Shown here: positions 24,292-38,947 of the stretch, one piece after another
How the letters are laid out: each line of letters starts with the position of its first letter
Position numbering within the stretch: position 1 is the stretch's first letter
Source of the DNA: Camelus dromedarius
Lineage: Eukaryota
Reading direction: 5' to 3'
Length of the DNA: 64,000 nucleotides
Assembly: GCF_036321535.1 (NCBI RefSeq)
Contig: NC_087436.1
Coordinates: forward strand, 97,156,001-97,220,000
Position numbers and translations under genes: made by a program
Notes under the pieces: model-generated
The model's database searches: none
What the model was told of the DNA's origin: nothing
Seen by the model: the letters and a program-made list of their open reading frames with translations, nothing else

Positions 24292-25844
24292 GTGATCTAT
24301 GCTGGACTAATTGCAGATTGTGGTTCCTTGTATTACAAACCTTACAAACTACATGAGCAGCTATGCTTTGTTTGTTAGGCTTGTTAATGTTTTCACTCAT
24401 GGAGTCTGGCTTTTGCCTTGTATACTCCAAATGCGACAGAGTTGCTTTGTTGCATTGGCTCCGTTCCACCTGCAGCAGGTAGGTAATCTACATCAAATTG
24501 GAGACTGGACATCACCTTCTTTAAGGAACTAAGGAAATAGAATCAATGGAAATTAAGTTTTGAAAAGTATCCTTTAGATGAAGGAACGTTGCAAAACTAC
24601 ACGAGAGCATAATTAAGAACCAATTAACTGTTAAGCTGTTGATGAAATAGGTCTAGTTCTGCACCTGTTGCATTTCTTTTGCTTTTGTGATGAAACTAGA
24701 GTAGGCACAAGTCCCATTTCTTGAGTTTACTGGGTTTGGGGCGAGGTGGGGGGTCCTGTTTTTTTTATTTGATTTTGGTTTCTTGGGTATTTTGTTTTTT
24801 GTTTTTGTTTTTGAGCAGGTATGTTGACTGCAAAGGAGATCATTTACTAGAGGCAAATGATTGGTGTACACACATACGCACATATGCACATGCATACATG
24901 CACATATCACATATATAAATAAGAAGGACTTGTTGGGACGTTGAATTCGGTTGATATCAGAGGATTCAGTAGAGAATTTAAATGGTTTGAGGAGACTGAC
25001 GTTAAAGTTTTTAACAAATCCTGTAACTTCATGTGATTCTGTAGGCTTCTTTTTCTCTACCGTATCTGGCTTTTAATATGTATAAGAAAATTATTTTCTT
25101 ATCCCCTTTTAGGAATGAATTCTTGCTTAATCTGTCAGCCTAGAATACATTAGATGCTTAGTCATTATTTGTGGAATTAAGCAGTGTGTTTTGGACATCT
25201 GATCTAAGATGAACTCATTTGTTTTTAAATTATAATGGATTACGATAAGGTGAAATGGAAATGCCGGCTGTTTTCATAACAAAAAATAGAGATAGCAACT
25301 CGAAACAAACAGGAGTTTCCAAAAAATTAACCGTAGATCTTTATCCAAGGCATCCAGTGAACTTCAGTGTGAACTTACTCATTACATTTTGGGGATAAGA
25401 TTTCTTGGCCAATTAACTATGGGAGGCGTCATTGAGCACTGTTGGCATATTAATAACTTGGATAGTTAGCATCTTCCTCAAGAAGAGTAGTGATTTACAG
25501 CTTAATCATGTGTCTGAGCTGAATATGAACATTTTCAGTCTCTGAAGCAAGGTGATTAAAACTTTCTTTTAATTGGAATAAGGTTAAAAATGCATAATTT
25601 GCATGTATCAGAATGGAAGTTACTCTGCCAGATTAATTGAGGTATTCATTTTTTACTTAGGCAGACCTGATGAACTTCAAATTATTAGGTTCATTGCTTA
25701 CATTAGCTGGATTGTCTGAGTTTATGTTATTCCCTAAAAGTGAAGTAGAAATTTTTAAAGTTTTATTTATACGTTCTGGCTAGCAAAAAGTTACATGAAA
25801 TTCTTGCTTTAATATTAATAATTGAGCATAAAAAGCATAGTAAT

Positions 25845-26060
25845 GACTACCGTTTGTTGAGTACCAGGTACTGTGCTGATGAATTTATAAACATTCCCTT
25901 TTAATCTTTCCCACAAATGTAAGAGGAAGATATTCTCATCCATGTTTCATAGACGGGGAGAATGAGGATTAAGTAACTTGTTTAAGGATTATAGTTCATC
26001 ATGCAGAGTTTACTTTAAAACCAGAACTTTATAAGCTTAAGCCTAGCTTCTTAGCTGCTA
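25845..26060 (-). mobile_element. MIR SINE
   Basis: tttgttgagtaccaggtactgtgct...atccatgtttcatagacggggagaatgagg...aagtaacttgtttaagg. Confidence 0.65.
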
Positions 26061-29000
26061 CAGCAAACTGTCTTTTTAAAGTCTATGTTGAAAAGAAAAT
26101 TTCTGACTTGTGACCTTTTAGAAATAGCCTAAGAAATCTTCCCTTGAATAAGTTAGTTTCCTAGGAGGCTGGAGTGTGCCTTCAGTAAACACTGTATCCC
26201 ATGTCAGACCTTCTAAAAATGATGTGCTTGCAGAGGAGGATGCAAGTTTTACCTTCCAGGAGGAAAAGTCAGGCAGCACCAGCATTTATGCTGCCTGGTG
26301 AGCTCAGTGCTTTATTAGACTTGTGCAGAAGTTACTGAGAAGGGCAAAACAGGGCATCTAATGAAGTCTGGGAATTTGAAACACTTCCATATACAAGGAA
26401 TGAGTATCACCTCCTTAAAAATTAAAGCATTCATGCTGGACCCCTTTTGAGAGGTCAGCCTATTTTTGATAAATATATATTTCAAGTTTTTTTTTAATGC
26501 ATTAGCACTCCTGTATATATTCTTAAAAAGTGCATTCTATTGTTTGTATATGCGGTCTTTAAAAAAAAAAAATTAAATCATAGTATATGGAGCCAGGTCT
26601 TAAGGGACTTGGTCTTGAGTCAAACCTTAAGGAACTAGTTGGCCTAAGACTGGGTGGGTAAATTAAGGAAGACCCTTTATACGTAGGCCCTGACATACCA
26701 TTCCAGTTTCATCTGTTTTTACATCCTGGTGTACGTCTTTCTTTCCAGAGCAAGGTTGCTCGTTCTCACGTGCCTGACCAGATTGTGTGGAGAACTTGGG
26801 TAACAAGCACAGTGAGTCCCTTCTCCTGAATGCAGAGGGCTTTAAGCTAGTGTTTTAGGAAAAGCACTCAAAGATAGTAAAATAGTTAGATGTAACTTCT
26901 AAAAATTTTATATACACAATACATGGAGTAATCTTATGTTTTTTTTAACTGACAGAAGTGTTAGATTTGAATCTCTATATCTTAATTTGTATTGGACCTA
27001 ATTTAAGTCCATGCATCAAACTTTAATTAAAAAATATTTAAAACAGCAATGTTATTGCCTATATAACTTACAGTATACATAGAATGAAAAATAAAATTGA
27101 CCTACAATCCCCCTCGACATATAAACTATTTTCTTTTTTTTTTTTTTGCTTCTATTTATATATAGTTAAATACTAATTTATTTTGGAAGTCACTCCAGAG
27201 AGAGTAGACAGTGGATAGTGTTGGTTCTAAACTATAGCTACTGATTTGTTTTTATTTTTATTTTTTGGCTATAAGCTCAATTTTTGTATAAAACTTTAAT
27301 TTTTCAGCTTATAAATTATATGAAAACTGTTTAATTCTTTTTTCTTAATACAGACTTTTATTACCAGAGTATGATCTATTGGAGAAATTAAAACTCTATC
27401 TGCAAAGTCAGCATAAAAGAAAGTGTTTGAAAAACAATTTGAAACCATCGTTATTTCCCATAAGTTCCTTTAACTCTGTGCCTATGTCTGGAAATTTATT
27501 CTAATTTTGTGGATTATTATTAATCTTTCCTAGAGCTTTTCCTCTGCTTCCAATAGGTATCCTTAAGATTCCATGTCAAACATGCGTACAGATATATTTT
27601 CAGTGATTCTTTCACGTTTTCTGGATCTACCTCTTCTGAGTCAAGAGCCTATACATTTCTTTAAATTAAAATAGGTATTAGAATAGACTGTCATAACAAA
27701 GCCAATAACTTCTTTATTTCTTAAGGGAAGTGGCATGATGTTAGCCAGGAGAACGCCAGTCTGCACATTCCCTCCAGAGTTCACTGCCAGCTCCACGCTC
27801 TATGCAATTAACATGGACTTTTCGTTTTGTTAGTTGCTCAGTTCAAAGATTCACTTTTATTTATCCATGTTATAAGTGTTTGTTGGGCATCTCTTCATTC
27901 GTGAGCACTGCTCTAGGCATTTGGGGCACAGTGGTAACGCAAAGGGTTACTGTTCTTTAAGATGTTACCTTCCATTGGGGGTAACACACAGTGATAAATA
28001 AATGAGAGAGATTTCTGATAGCCTTCTGTTTGTAGCCTTCGCTTTCATTTTGATGATCTTTTTGGACAAGAGTTCTTGTAACCCATTTCTAAAGAATTGT
28101 TTACATTGAAAGTTCTGTTAGGTACATGAATAGACATCAGTTTCATTTTAACCTTAAAAGCATTATAATTTTTATATTCCCAAATTAAGGCTGTGGTGAT
28201 TTACTTTATTCACTGCTCTGCCATTCGGAGTTCGAGGAAAGTAGCTGACACTCAGTAAACATTTCTAGAATGAAATTGTTGAATTAATGGTCATTTATAG
28301 CTGTTTTCATGAGTAGAGAGTTTATATATGAATAAAAATTCTTTTAATACTGCTTTCTCTTTATGGAGTCTATCTTCATTTTTTTCGTATTTATTTACTG
28401 GGATTTTATTGTCATTTCTGACAATTTCTTTAAGCTTTTCACGTAATATAGATGTTAATCTTCATGTCATATTTTCTACAGCTGGTTTTCTAAGCTGTCA
28501 CTTATTTTTCATTTTTCTGTTAATTTTTGTCACATAGAAATTTGTTTATAGAAATAACTTTTTAAATCAGTTCAAAGCTTATAGACTTTCTGCATTCTAG
28601 AAAAATAATGATTTTATACATTTATTTTTCTCAAAATGATGTGGCTATGGTATAAGCTAGTATTTTAAAAATTTTATTGGAGGTTATAAAATATGAACAC
28701 ACACCAAAGTATATGCAGTGTTTTGTATATACAGTATTGCTACTGGAATGGACTTTCTGCAAAGAGATACGAGGCAAATTTAAGATAATTGACTTTGGTT
28801 TCCATTTGTTATATTGTCCTGACAGCCCGTCTCACATCTTTTCCTGATGAGTTTTTGAATATCATGTTAATATTAGGGAATTCATTACAACCAGATGTCT
28901 TGCTTGGTAGGTTTGTGTATCCATTTAATGATAATTGAGGCTTTGAGGTTTTAACTGCATTCACTTGATTAAACATTTCTCAAATCAGCGTACAACAAGA

Positions 29001-30229
29001 GACTCATTCCCCCAGCATAATGTTCCCTGGTGTCTGGCATGGGAATGAGACTCTAATAGAATGTAAATAGACCTCATAGAGCTCTGGGTTGTGTGGTGCA
29101 GAAAGAAGCAGCAGGATGTAGGTGGTGGCCTCAGATTCTCTGGGTTCTGTATCTGGCCAAACTCTGCATCTGGTGTTGCCCCGGAAATCTGGTGCCAATG
29201 TCATACAATGCCACATCTGTTTTCCACAAATGTCTAAGCACCAAGTTCTTAAAATCCTGGCATGGAAACCTGGCATCTGGTATTTCCAAAAATAGGTTTG
29301 AGATTGCAGCAAATTTGTGGTTAACAAACCCTTCTTTAATTTTTCTTCTTAGGAATCAAACTTTGATTTTGTTCCTTCACTTTCTAGTTCTAAACTGTGG
29401 CTTTTGCCAGGCTCTGTTGCTCCAAATTCGTACAAATAACCCATTTCAGTGTCTTGGTAAATATTTGCCATTAATTCCAATCTGAATGTTGAGTATGGAA
29501 TCATTGGTGTGACTACTTTCAGTCACTGTAAATAAAATGAAAATATCCTCATTGAAGACAAATTCTGTATTTGGAACCCTCAAATGAGAGGATTGTCTGA
29601 ATGTATTAGACCCTCCCTCAACTTGTATTTGTTTGTTTAGTTTTTATAGCAGTGTTATATTTCTGCCGTTTCATCAGTGAGGTCCAGATGAATTAAGGAA
29701 CTTGTCAGTAGTCATACAGCCAGTAAACGGGTCAGCCAAGATTCCCGCCTCGTTCTGACTCCCAGTGCCCACGTCTTCATTACCACCTTTGCAGGATCAA
29801 GTCTGTTCTGCCACGCGTGGCCATTGATGCTCTTTGAGAGCCCACCCTGTGTGACAGCAGACCAACTGTAAAATATAGTTTACTCCAGAATCTGTTTTTA
29901 GCTTTATGCTTTCTATAATATATTTCTACCCACTGAATTTCTATGCTCATTGTTTTTTCAGTCCAGTTTATAGCATTTTAAATGTTGAAGTTGGGCATGT
30001 CCCTGACTTGTGCCTATTTTTCAAAATGAGAATAATGCTCACAATCAGACTGTGGTTAATAGGTGGTTATTTTAAATTTTCTTGAAAGTCTAACATTCAC
30101 ATTCCATTCCGTTGTTAAAAATGTCTATGTGCCTGCAGGTTATTTTTTAAGCACGCATTTTCTTGTAATTAACCTTTTAGTAGGTAATAACGTTCGGTTG
30201 GCTTCAAGTTCAAGAGGTACAAAATAATA

Positions 30230-30385
30230 GTAATAACAAAAGCTGCGGGGCCGATGCAGTGCTTACTGCGCCAGGCATTCCTCTAAGTGTATTTTAGGTA
30301 TTAACTTAATTCACACACACTGATGCAGTCCGTACTACTGTTACCCTCATTCTGCAGACAGGTGAACTGAAGCCAGAGAGAGAGG
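30230..30385 (-). mobile_element. MIR SINE fragment
   Basis: gcttactgcgccaggcattcctctaag...cctcattctgcagacaggtgaactgaagcc. Confidence 0.7.
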
Positions 30386-32589
30386 TAGTCCTGATCAGGC
30401 TGGTCTGGGTTTTGTTGTCTGTCCGGTCAAGTGTCCCTTGCGTTCTTCGCAAAGTGGCACATGAACACAAGTCTCCGGGTTGTTTCGGTGCTTACCCTAC
30501 ACCATGCATTTTCCTTCTGTTGCACTTATTACAGTCCTGTCTCATTCCCTACTTAGACTGTACGCTTCCCCAAGGTGAGTGCCCTGCTTCTGTGCAGACC
30601 CAGGACCTAGCATAATTTGGGGCACTTGCTTCGTACTTACTAAACATGGTTTTCTCCAGGACAAATTTTCTCATTTTGAAAATGGCTGTATCTGCTCTGC
30701 CTTCTTCAAAGAATTGTTCTGAGAATCAAATGAGAGATCATGGCTGTTTGTAAGCTTCAGAGCACTACACAGATATTAAATCAGTTACACAGTGTATATG
30801 CTTGAGGAAGAACGGTGGTTTTAAAGCCTCTGGACGCTGGCACAAGGGTTGGCACCTAGGACAGATAGTTTCTTGACAGCCCGGTGTGTCACTGTGTTCT
30901 GACCAGCCAGTCTTAGCCAGCAGTCCTAATAATTTCACGTGGTTCTTGCATAATCTGATTACGTGCTTGTTTTGCTCTGCAGAAGGCAGAGGGAAATGTT
31001 TATATCCCGATATTTAAACGCTGCAGACTCATACTGTTTAGAGCCTGCAGCTGGTTCTCCTATCTAATTCAGTGTTTCTCAGTATTTGCTACATATGAGA
31101 ATCATAGGGTTGCAGTTGTTTTTAACTGAAAATTCCTAGGCTCTGCCCTCTGATTCATGGAATCGGAGTCTCGGGGTGGCAGGGTGAGATTAACACAGGT
31201 GACTTTGATGGGCATCTAGGACTAAGCTGTATTCTACATCTGTTCTAAATGCTGTCTGGAAAGATGGCGTACTGTCACCACAAATATTTTCAATCAGAAA
31301 TGCAGTTGTTTCATATTTGATAGCTCTCGAGAGCACTGACGTTTATTTTGTTACTCTGCTGTACATTTTACAGTCCATTTGTGCCGGTGAGTTCAGTGGC
31401 TACTCTAATTACCCAAAACCACATGGCCATGGCAAGCAGCTGATGAATGGGTTAAAGTTTTCTCTTTCCAGGCTGAAAAATCATCCTTGCCTTGCTTGGG
31501 AGAAATCTGGGGCCTTGAGCCAACCCTGACTTATTTTATTTTTAACGGAAGTTGCAGCTTTTAAGTAGATTTTGCACACCTTCTTGTAGAAGTGAAGCAC
31601 CATCTTTTCGGGCCGGAGCCATGATGAGGGTCATAAGTTTCCATAAAGGTTGTCAGTCCACCCCCCTGCTAGTCTGATGGTCTGAGCATGTGTCTCCGCC
31701 CGGAGTAACACACAGCATCTGCAGGCCAGGCCCCATCAGAGAGCAACAACCGGGCGTAATCCAATACCCAGCTCTTGTCAGAAGCTTCGCCCCGGAGGGT
31801 TGTTTGAAGGAGATGCAGGGTAACTGTTTTATTCTCCAGGTACCCTTGTATCAAGCTGGGCCATCAGAAAGTTGTTTTTAAAAAATCTTACCTTGCTACC
31901 CCTGCTTTATTTCCTCATTTTTAAGGGAGAATTTGAGTTTCCAATGACATGCTTTCGGAGTTTCTCCAACAGTTGCGTTATCCAGCAGGAGCATTGGTAT
32001 GGATAATGGAGAATTTATTTAATTTAATTTAATAATTATAAGTCTAACACTATACCACTGCTAAAACTTAATAAAATGGGGTGGATTGGAATATAGAGCA
32101 CCCTAAGTACTATTTTTTGTTAAGTGGGGCTTATGATACAACGTGAAAGTGTATCACATTCTTCTAAGTATTTCACACCACTTAGCATGTCTCTGTATCT
32201 TTTCTATCACTGACTCAGTTTCTGGCTTGTTCCTTCTAACAAAATGAGCCATTTGTCCTTTCATCAGAAAAAAATCGTATTCAATTGATGATTTATTTTA
32301 TATATGGATCATTTCCTCATCTCAACAAAAACCTTGCACATTTTTAAAAAAATTAAGTGAACTTTTTCTGCAATTTGTGCCCGGAAACTCTTTACAAGTG
32401 GGGGAAATTTGTTATAACATTGTTTTATTCCACTTATTTTATCAGTCAGAAATACACTAGTATCAAATGACAAAAACCTGAAGGCTAACTTACATAGATA
32501 GGGAGTTATTTGTTTTAACAAGATCTCTTGGTATCACTCATGGGGAGTTGATACCACCATGGAACAAGATTCTTCTTTTTTTTTTTTTT

Positions 32590-32860
32590 CTCACTCTGGC
32601 ATCCTTAGAGTGCAAGAATTTGTCCTCAGGCTTTTCGTCTCAAGGATCCTTATGTTCTAAAATGGCTTCTGTGTTTCTAGATGTGATGTCCCAGGAAGAT
32701 GGAAAGGCCAAGGGTGGAAGTGTCTTTCTCCCCAGATTTGTCCCTCCATAGCCTCCCACCAACCTCCTGACCCCTAGGCTGGGAACTGTCTATATTTTAT
32801 TGACCAAAACTATGACATATGGCCCCTCCTAGCTACAAGGGAGATGGGAAAATAGAACTT
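32590..32860. mobile_element. MaLR (MLT1-like) LTR fragment
   Basis: aaatggct...ttattgaccaaaactatgacatatggcccctcctagctacaagggagatggga. Confidence 0.55.
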
Positions 32861-33927
32861 GTACTTTTAGCCTCTACAACAGGGGAGACAAAGAGAAGAA
32901 GGCCTGTGAATTGTTTTTGCCTGAAGGGTCCTTACCAAAAGTGGACCGATATTTTGTGCAATGATCTGTAGTATGGCTACTTTTTCCCAATCATAATTTA
33001 GGAATTCAGAGCACACTGAACTTGTTCACCTACATAATTCATTTTTTGAGCTACAAAATAGGTATACTTTAAGGTGTGAGATTGATAAATCAAATTCCAA
33101 AACCGTTATGACTAGATAATACATTGCAAACTTTAGTGCTTTCCGAAGGCAGGCTTTGTAGCCTTCGGAACAGTCTCTAATTTTGGTGACACAAGCTGAA
33201 CACGGTGGCTGTTGAACAATTTTCATACGAAAATAGCATTAGAGGAGCTTCCTATGAATCTAATTGAAGGAAGAGGAAAGTAACAAAATGGTGGCAATGA
33301 GATAAAATTGTAAAACAAGTAAGGCTTTTGTTTGAGAGCAAATGAGAAAAATCACGTGACAGCAGAGGTGACACCGCGTACTAAGACAAAGAGCGAGCGG
33401 TCTGCCGGCTTGCGTCTCAGCCCCTTCCTCCCCTGTACGGCCAGCTGTTCTTTCCACGCTACTGTACTCCTTTGAGCCTTGGTTTCCCCTTCTTTTCATA
33501 TAAATAGCAACTATGCCAACCTCGCAGTGTCATTTGGCTCCACCACCTAGAAACCTGCTGTGCACATGGTAAGGGTTAGTTCACTATTAGTTCCCTTTAC
33601 TGAGTGGCTAAAGGTGAAAACGTGCCTAACTTTTAAACACAAGGCATGTGGAGTTCACGATCTCGTCCTAGTCAGCCTGTGTTTCATGTGAAAAAAAAAC
33701 TCATCCCTTATTAATAGCCTGACTGTCAGGCTTCAAATGCTACCGTGTTATCATATGTTGAAAATGACTACCTAAAATAAGAAAGTCACTCTCAATTCAT
33801 TTTTTAATGAATGAATTCCATAAATACAGTAGAAAATTTAATAGGATTTATTAGATTTTAGAGAATGTAATTGTACTTTCAAAATCCATATTTTTGTTTC
33901 TTCATAATTCTTTTTTCTCCAAACTAG

Positions 33928-34043
33928 GATTTTAAGAGTGGACTTGGTATTACCATAATTCCTATGAATGTAGCAAATGTAAAGCAAGTGGACCGAACCG
34001 TGAAACAGTCTTTTGAAATAATCACTCCCTACAGGAGTTTTAG
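33928..34043 (+). CDS. ARAP2: ARAP2 exon (116 nt, phase 0-2), PH2: DFKSGLGITIIPMNVANVKQVDRTVKQSFEIITPYRSF(S)
   Basis: ttttttctccaaactag acceptor, AG|gtaagt donor; frame consistent with neighbours. Confidence 0.96.
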
Positions 34044-34969
34044 GTAAGTTATGTTTAAACGTTTTGTGTTTGTATTACTGCAGGAAAGCTCGGGTGATCC
34101 ACTCCTACATTGCCAGTGGTGATGTTATTTCTTATAGGACACTTAATAAAATTATGTTCTTTTTTATGTCCTGTAATTTATTAGCCAGTACGTAAAAGCT
34201 CCTTGTAAAAGTGACTTGAATAATCATGCAGTCTGTAAAGATACTAATTTCATGAGATCTGAGGTTTCTTTTTGTAGTATTTCTTTTTCTTAGTGGGCTT
34301 GGTGAGTATGTTAATTTTTTGATCTACAAATATATGGAAAAATGCTTCATTTTGAAGGAATAAAATGAAAAGGGATATTACATTGTCTTTAAGCTGTGTT
34401 GTTATTTTACCCACTTTTAGCCTAATCAAATACAGTGTCTCCTTTAAGATCACAATGACCTAATTACAGTTGCTCCATGGTTTCCTAAAAGGAACTCCAG
34501 CTTAAAATGATGCTGAATTTAGCTGATCTCACAGAACTTAATGATACATATTTTGTATTACGGGCATCCTAGTCATTGCTTTATTATGATGCTGAAACAC
34601 AAAACTTACGGTATGTTCTTCACACATGTTAATAATCTACAATGACTCCATAGCTTTAGTGTACACAGGAGCCATAATCAGTGTCTGTTGAGTTCAACCA
34701 CATTAATTCATTTGCCACAAATAATCAGCATGCCATCAGCTGGTCAGAGGCAATTGTCAGAGGGCTTTGGAAGGACCAAGAAGTACTTAGCAATTTCAGA
34801 AATACTACCAAATCTGGTACTTATTTTATCTGTTAAAACAGGCTTACTGGCTCAAATTTTAAGAAAGAAAACAAGCTTTGTTTACACAGATGGAGATTCA
34901 AGCCTCAGTAGAAAATGTAGACATTGCCTAAGCTGTTTTTATTTATAATGCTTCATATTGCTCCAGATA

Positions 34970-35682
34970 TGTGCCGTTTTTCTTCATACCAGCAATTCTC
35001 CAACTGTCCGGGCACCAACTGGGTGTCTTAAATTCACTGTTATTCCACCACCCAGAGGGAGTAGCAGACCCCACAGGTTTAAAGGCTAGGTCCCACAAGG
35101 TTGTACTCATTTCATGCACCAGTCACACCTGTTGGGTCCTCAGGTTACCCATCCTTCTGTCCAGCTTAGATACAAATTGGGGTGCCCATTACCCTCTCTC
35201 CCCCAGGTTTGATGATTTACTAGGATGGCTCACAGAACTCAGGAAAGCAGTTCAGTTATTACTACCAGCTTGTTATAAGAGGGACTCGTGGTACAGGGCT
35301 TCCAAGTTCTCCCTGGGTGCACCACCCTGCCAGCCCCTCAGTGTGTTCATCAACTTGAAAGCTTTTTGAACCCTGTTGTATAGGGGGTTTTATGGAAGTT
35401 TCATTTCATAGGCAAGGCTGATGACATTCTTGGCGATTGGTAATTAACTTAGTCACCAGCCTTTCTCCCTTTCCCAGGGTAGGGCTGGTTGAAAGTTCCA
35501 ACTCTAATCACATCTTGGTCTCAGGGTGACCAGCTCCCATCCTGAAGCTGTGTAGCCTTCAGCCACAAGCTATCTCATCAGCATACAAAAGGCTTTTATC
35601 ACTCAGGGGATTGCAAGAGCTTTAGGGAACTGTATACCATGGAGCAGGGACTAAAATCAAATATCTATCTTGCATTGTACCA
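34970..35682. mobile_element. ERV solo LTR, MER21-family-like
   Basis: caccaactgggtgtc...cagaccccacaggtttaaaggct...gtcccacaag...ggctcacagaactcaggaaa...aaagttccaactctaatcac; about 710 bp. Confidence 0.7.
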
Positions 35683-36624
35683 TATGGGCTCTGACCAGTC
35701 TCTATGGAGAGGCAGGAAACCACTAAGGAATTTGTAAATATTACAGTGATGGAACATAGAGTGCTTCCAGAAATATAACCCATGTAGGCCACTCAGTTTC
35801 TTTATAGATAATGTAGAATTGTTAGTCCTCTGTTATTTTCATTATTTCTCCACGCATTGTCATCTTCAGAACAGAAAATTTCAATGTGAAGCATCATTTT
35901 GTGGTTCACTGAGTTTGGAAGCCCTAACTGTAGTGCACTTCCTGCTACATTTGTAGGTACTCAGTAAATATTTCTTGAAGGAGTGAACTGATGTTTTAAT
36001 GTTTTATTCCTTTTCTCAGGCACCCAGTAAACACTAAGAATTAGAATAAATCAGAACATGGCTAAAAATGAGTTAGAATTCTGTTAGCATAGTAATCACT
36101 TAAAACTTTCTTGATTTCTCAGTTTCTTAAAGCCATCTGGACATTCTGCTAATTAAAAAATAAAGAATCTATTTTTAAGACTGAAAAAACCCCACAATTT
36201 CTAGTGGGTGTTTTTAATAATGTAGCTTCAGACTATGGCATACTTTCTTGGCAGAATAATCTAAGAGTCCTGAAGCTCTGCCAGTGTCTTAACGATTATC
36301 ATGTAACTATGGCTTAGGAAACACGGCCTCTCTTAAGTTTTTGACCTAACAAGGCAATTTTTATATCCTGGTCAGAAAAATGTTTATGTTAATTTTGGTT
36401 CAAGATAATGTAAACAAAGTCATAAGCAGTGTAGAAAGTTAAAGGAAAAAAACCCAGCTTTTTCAACGAGATGATTTTTAGCAGGAAAGACTATCCAACT
36501 GCCTGGAAGGCATATTTTTCAGCTGCTATTTAATTTGTGAGTGAAATGAATATGCAAACTGAACAGGCTGCTTAATTGGCCTTTACGAGGGAGATCGATA
36601 ATGCAGAAACGTTAATTGTTTCAG

Positions 36625-36824
36625 CTTTACAGCCGAGTCTGAAAAAGAGAAACAAGAGTGGATTGAAGCTGTGCAGCAATCGATAGCAGAAACTCTCTCT
36701 GATTATGAAGTAGCCGAGAAGATTTGGTTCAATGAGTCCAACAGGAGCTGTGCAGATTGTAAAGCCCCAGATCCCGACTGGGCGTCCATCAATCTCTGTG
36801 TTGTCATCTGTAAGAAATGTGCAG
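36625..36824 (+). CDS. ARAP2: ARAP2 exon (200 nt, phase 2-1), end of PH2 and ArfGAP zinc finger: FTAESEKEKQEWIEAVQQ...CADCKAPDPDWASINLCVVICKKCA
   Basis: ttgtttcag acceptor, G|gtaatt donor; CX2CX16CX2C ArfGAP motif read directly. Confidence 0.97.
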
Positions 36825-37904
36825 GTAATTAGTGATAAGTTTTATGCTCATCACTGTTGGGTGGCCGATTGGCACTGAATGCTCTTTATTGTCACGTATA
36901 ATGTGTCCCAGCTAATGGCTGGGAAAAAGAGAAACAGAGAAAGCTTATTACATTTAAATCAAACTTAGAAATACCATTCTAAACTTCTCTTATGCATGAC
37001 TTAGATATAAAAATTGATTTTTAAGCATGTAATCATTTTTGTGTGTGTGCCTACTGGTCTATGTATGGATTTTAAAAAGACATGTTGAAGTTTTTAGAAC
37101 TGAGGTGAATGTGTTTCAGGAAGCACCCTGAAAACACTGGCTGTTTGTATGATTTAGCCCTTTTTCCCCAATCGTGTTTTGTAAGACCTATTTTTTACAT
37201 CAAGGCTGCTCTGTGTTCTAATCTTGTTACACAAAGTCTGGTATCTCTTATGATGAGAATTTTTATACAGAAACATTTTCTAGGTATATTGAAGTTGATG
37301 AAAGTAACCAGCACTATGACTACTTTTCTTATTATTACCTTACACCTTACAGACAGTTGTCCACGTGAGTTGGGGGAGTGGACCCCAGCTTAGGTATGTG
37401 ATTTTGGGCATCTTGGAGGAAGTTAGCTACAATCTAAACTTTACTTCAGCTTTGCAGCACTATCTGGTACTGTGGTGGCCCTGGGAATTAAAAAAGATCT
37501 ATAAGACAAGACGAAAAGATCTATAAGACAGGATATGGTAAAGGCAAGAACAGAGTTGAGCGCAGGCTTCATTGAGAGAATACAGAGGATGAGCTCCTGC
37601 CTCAGAGCAAAGACAAGACAGTTGCTTCAAACCCTTAAGACTCTTCTAGAGCTCTGTGCTACCCCATTTCTCATCGTAAGAAAGATGTCCTCATGAGCTA
37701 ATTAACAACATCAGCAGCATCAGTAACAACTCGAAGCATCAGTTAGTCCTCCCCAACTTTGTATTTTTCCCTAACCTTTTCTCCTCTTCGCTCTCATTGG
37801 AAGAGAGAGCCTTTGTGTTGCCCAAGGCTATTCTTTCTACTTAAGCTCCCTTTCTTTCCTCTCTTACGATCCTCACCCCATCACTTACTCACTCTTTATG
37901 TGAG

Positions 37905-38166
37905 TATAGTTGGTCCTTCATATCCACGGGTTCCCCATCCTTGGATTCAACCAACTGTGGGTCAAAAATATTTGGAAAAAACATTTCTGAAAGTTCCAAG
38001 AAGCAAAACTTGAATTTGCCTCACAATGGCAACTATTTACATAATATTTACATTGTTTAATTAGGTGTTTTAAGTAATCTAGGAATAATTAAAAATATCT
38101 GGAGGATGTGTGTAAATTATATGCAATTATTATGGCTATTTTATACAAGAAACTTGAGCATCCATA
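37905..38166 (-). mobile_element. MER2B-like TcMar-Tigger element
   Basis: tatccacgggttcc...ggattcaaccaac...aaagttccaagaagcaaaacttgaatttgcc...cttgagcatcca. Confidence 0.8.
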
Positions 38167-38947
38167 AATGCAAACCTATTCAAATTCCAGGGCTTTGTGC
38201 TCTGAGTAGTTTCTGTCTCAAAGAAGGGAGGTAAGGAACCTACCTAATGTAGAGAGAGGAATGAGCTTTCTCATGTTTATCAGGCAAAAGGTCCTTAAGA
38301 TTGATGGTGATGTCTTTTATATCTTGTTTCCTTCTCAGCTTAGAGAAAAGGAGTCTGACATATGCCTGGGTGCCCAGTAATGGCTGAATGATGATCTATA
38401 CAGCAGAATTAAATTGATGATCATAGGTTGCTGGGCTGTTACTCTCTTCCAAGCATAACAGTACAATAAAGAATATACTTCAGATTTTTAAGTACACATT
38501 GATTAGAGTTGAAGCTAGTTTTTGTTTAAGAGTAAAGGGATAATATCTGTATTCATATATATATGTAACTTACATAGTCCCATTATAAAATGTCTTCAGT
38601 TAACTACAATTTCTAGTTAGTTACCAAACAATGAAAAAATTCTCTCTCTATATATATATGTATGTATATACACGAGCATACCCACACACGCATGCATACA
38701 CACTTTTAAAAGCGTAGTTCATCATCAACACGTGGTGATGAAGGCGGTTACTGTTGTCTTCATGATGGTTGGTTACAATTTTTGTATGATTACTACCACT
38801 GCTGTAAGGTGGAAAGTAGGTATTGGTTTAAGTGGAAAAGATACATTAATCCACACATACATGTACACATACATATACACCTTTTTTTAAGGTAAAATAC
38901 ATCTATATACAAAGTAAAATAGAAATACAACTGTTTTTTTACTTCAG

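Noticed and set aside
34971..35369. 132-aa ORF
   Set aside because: Inside an LTR, GTG start, no gag/pol/env motifs
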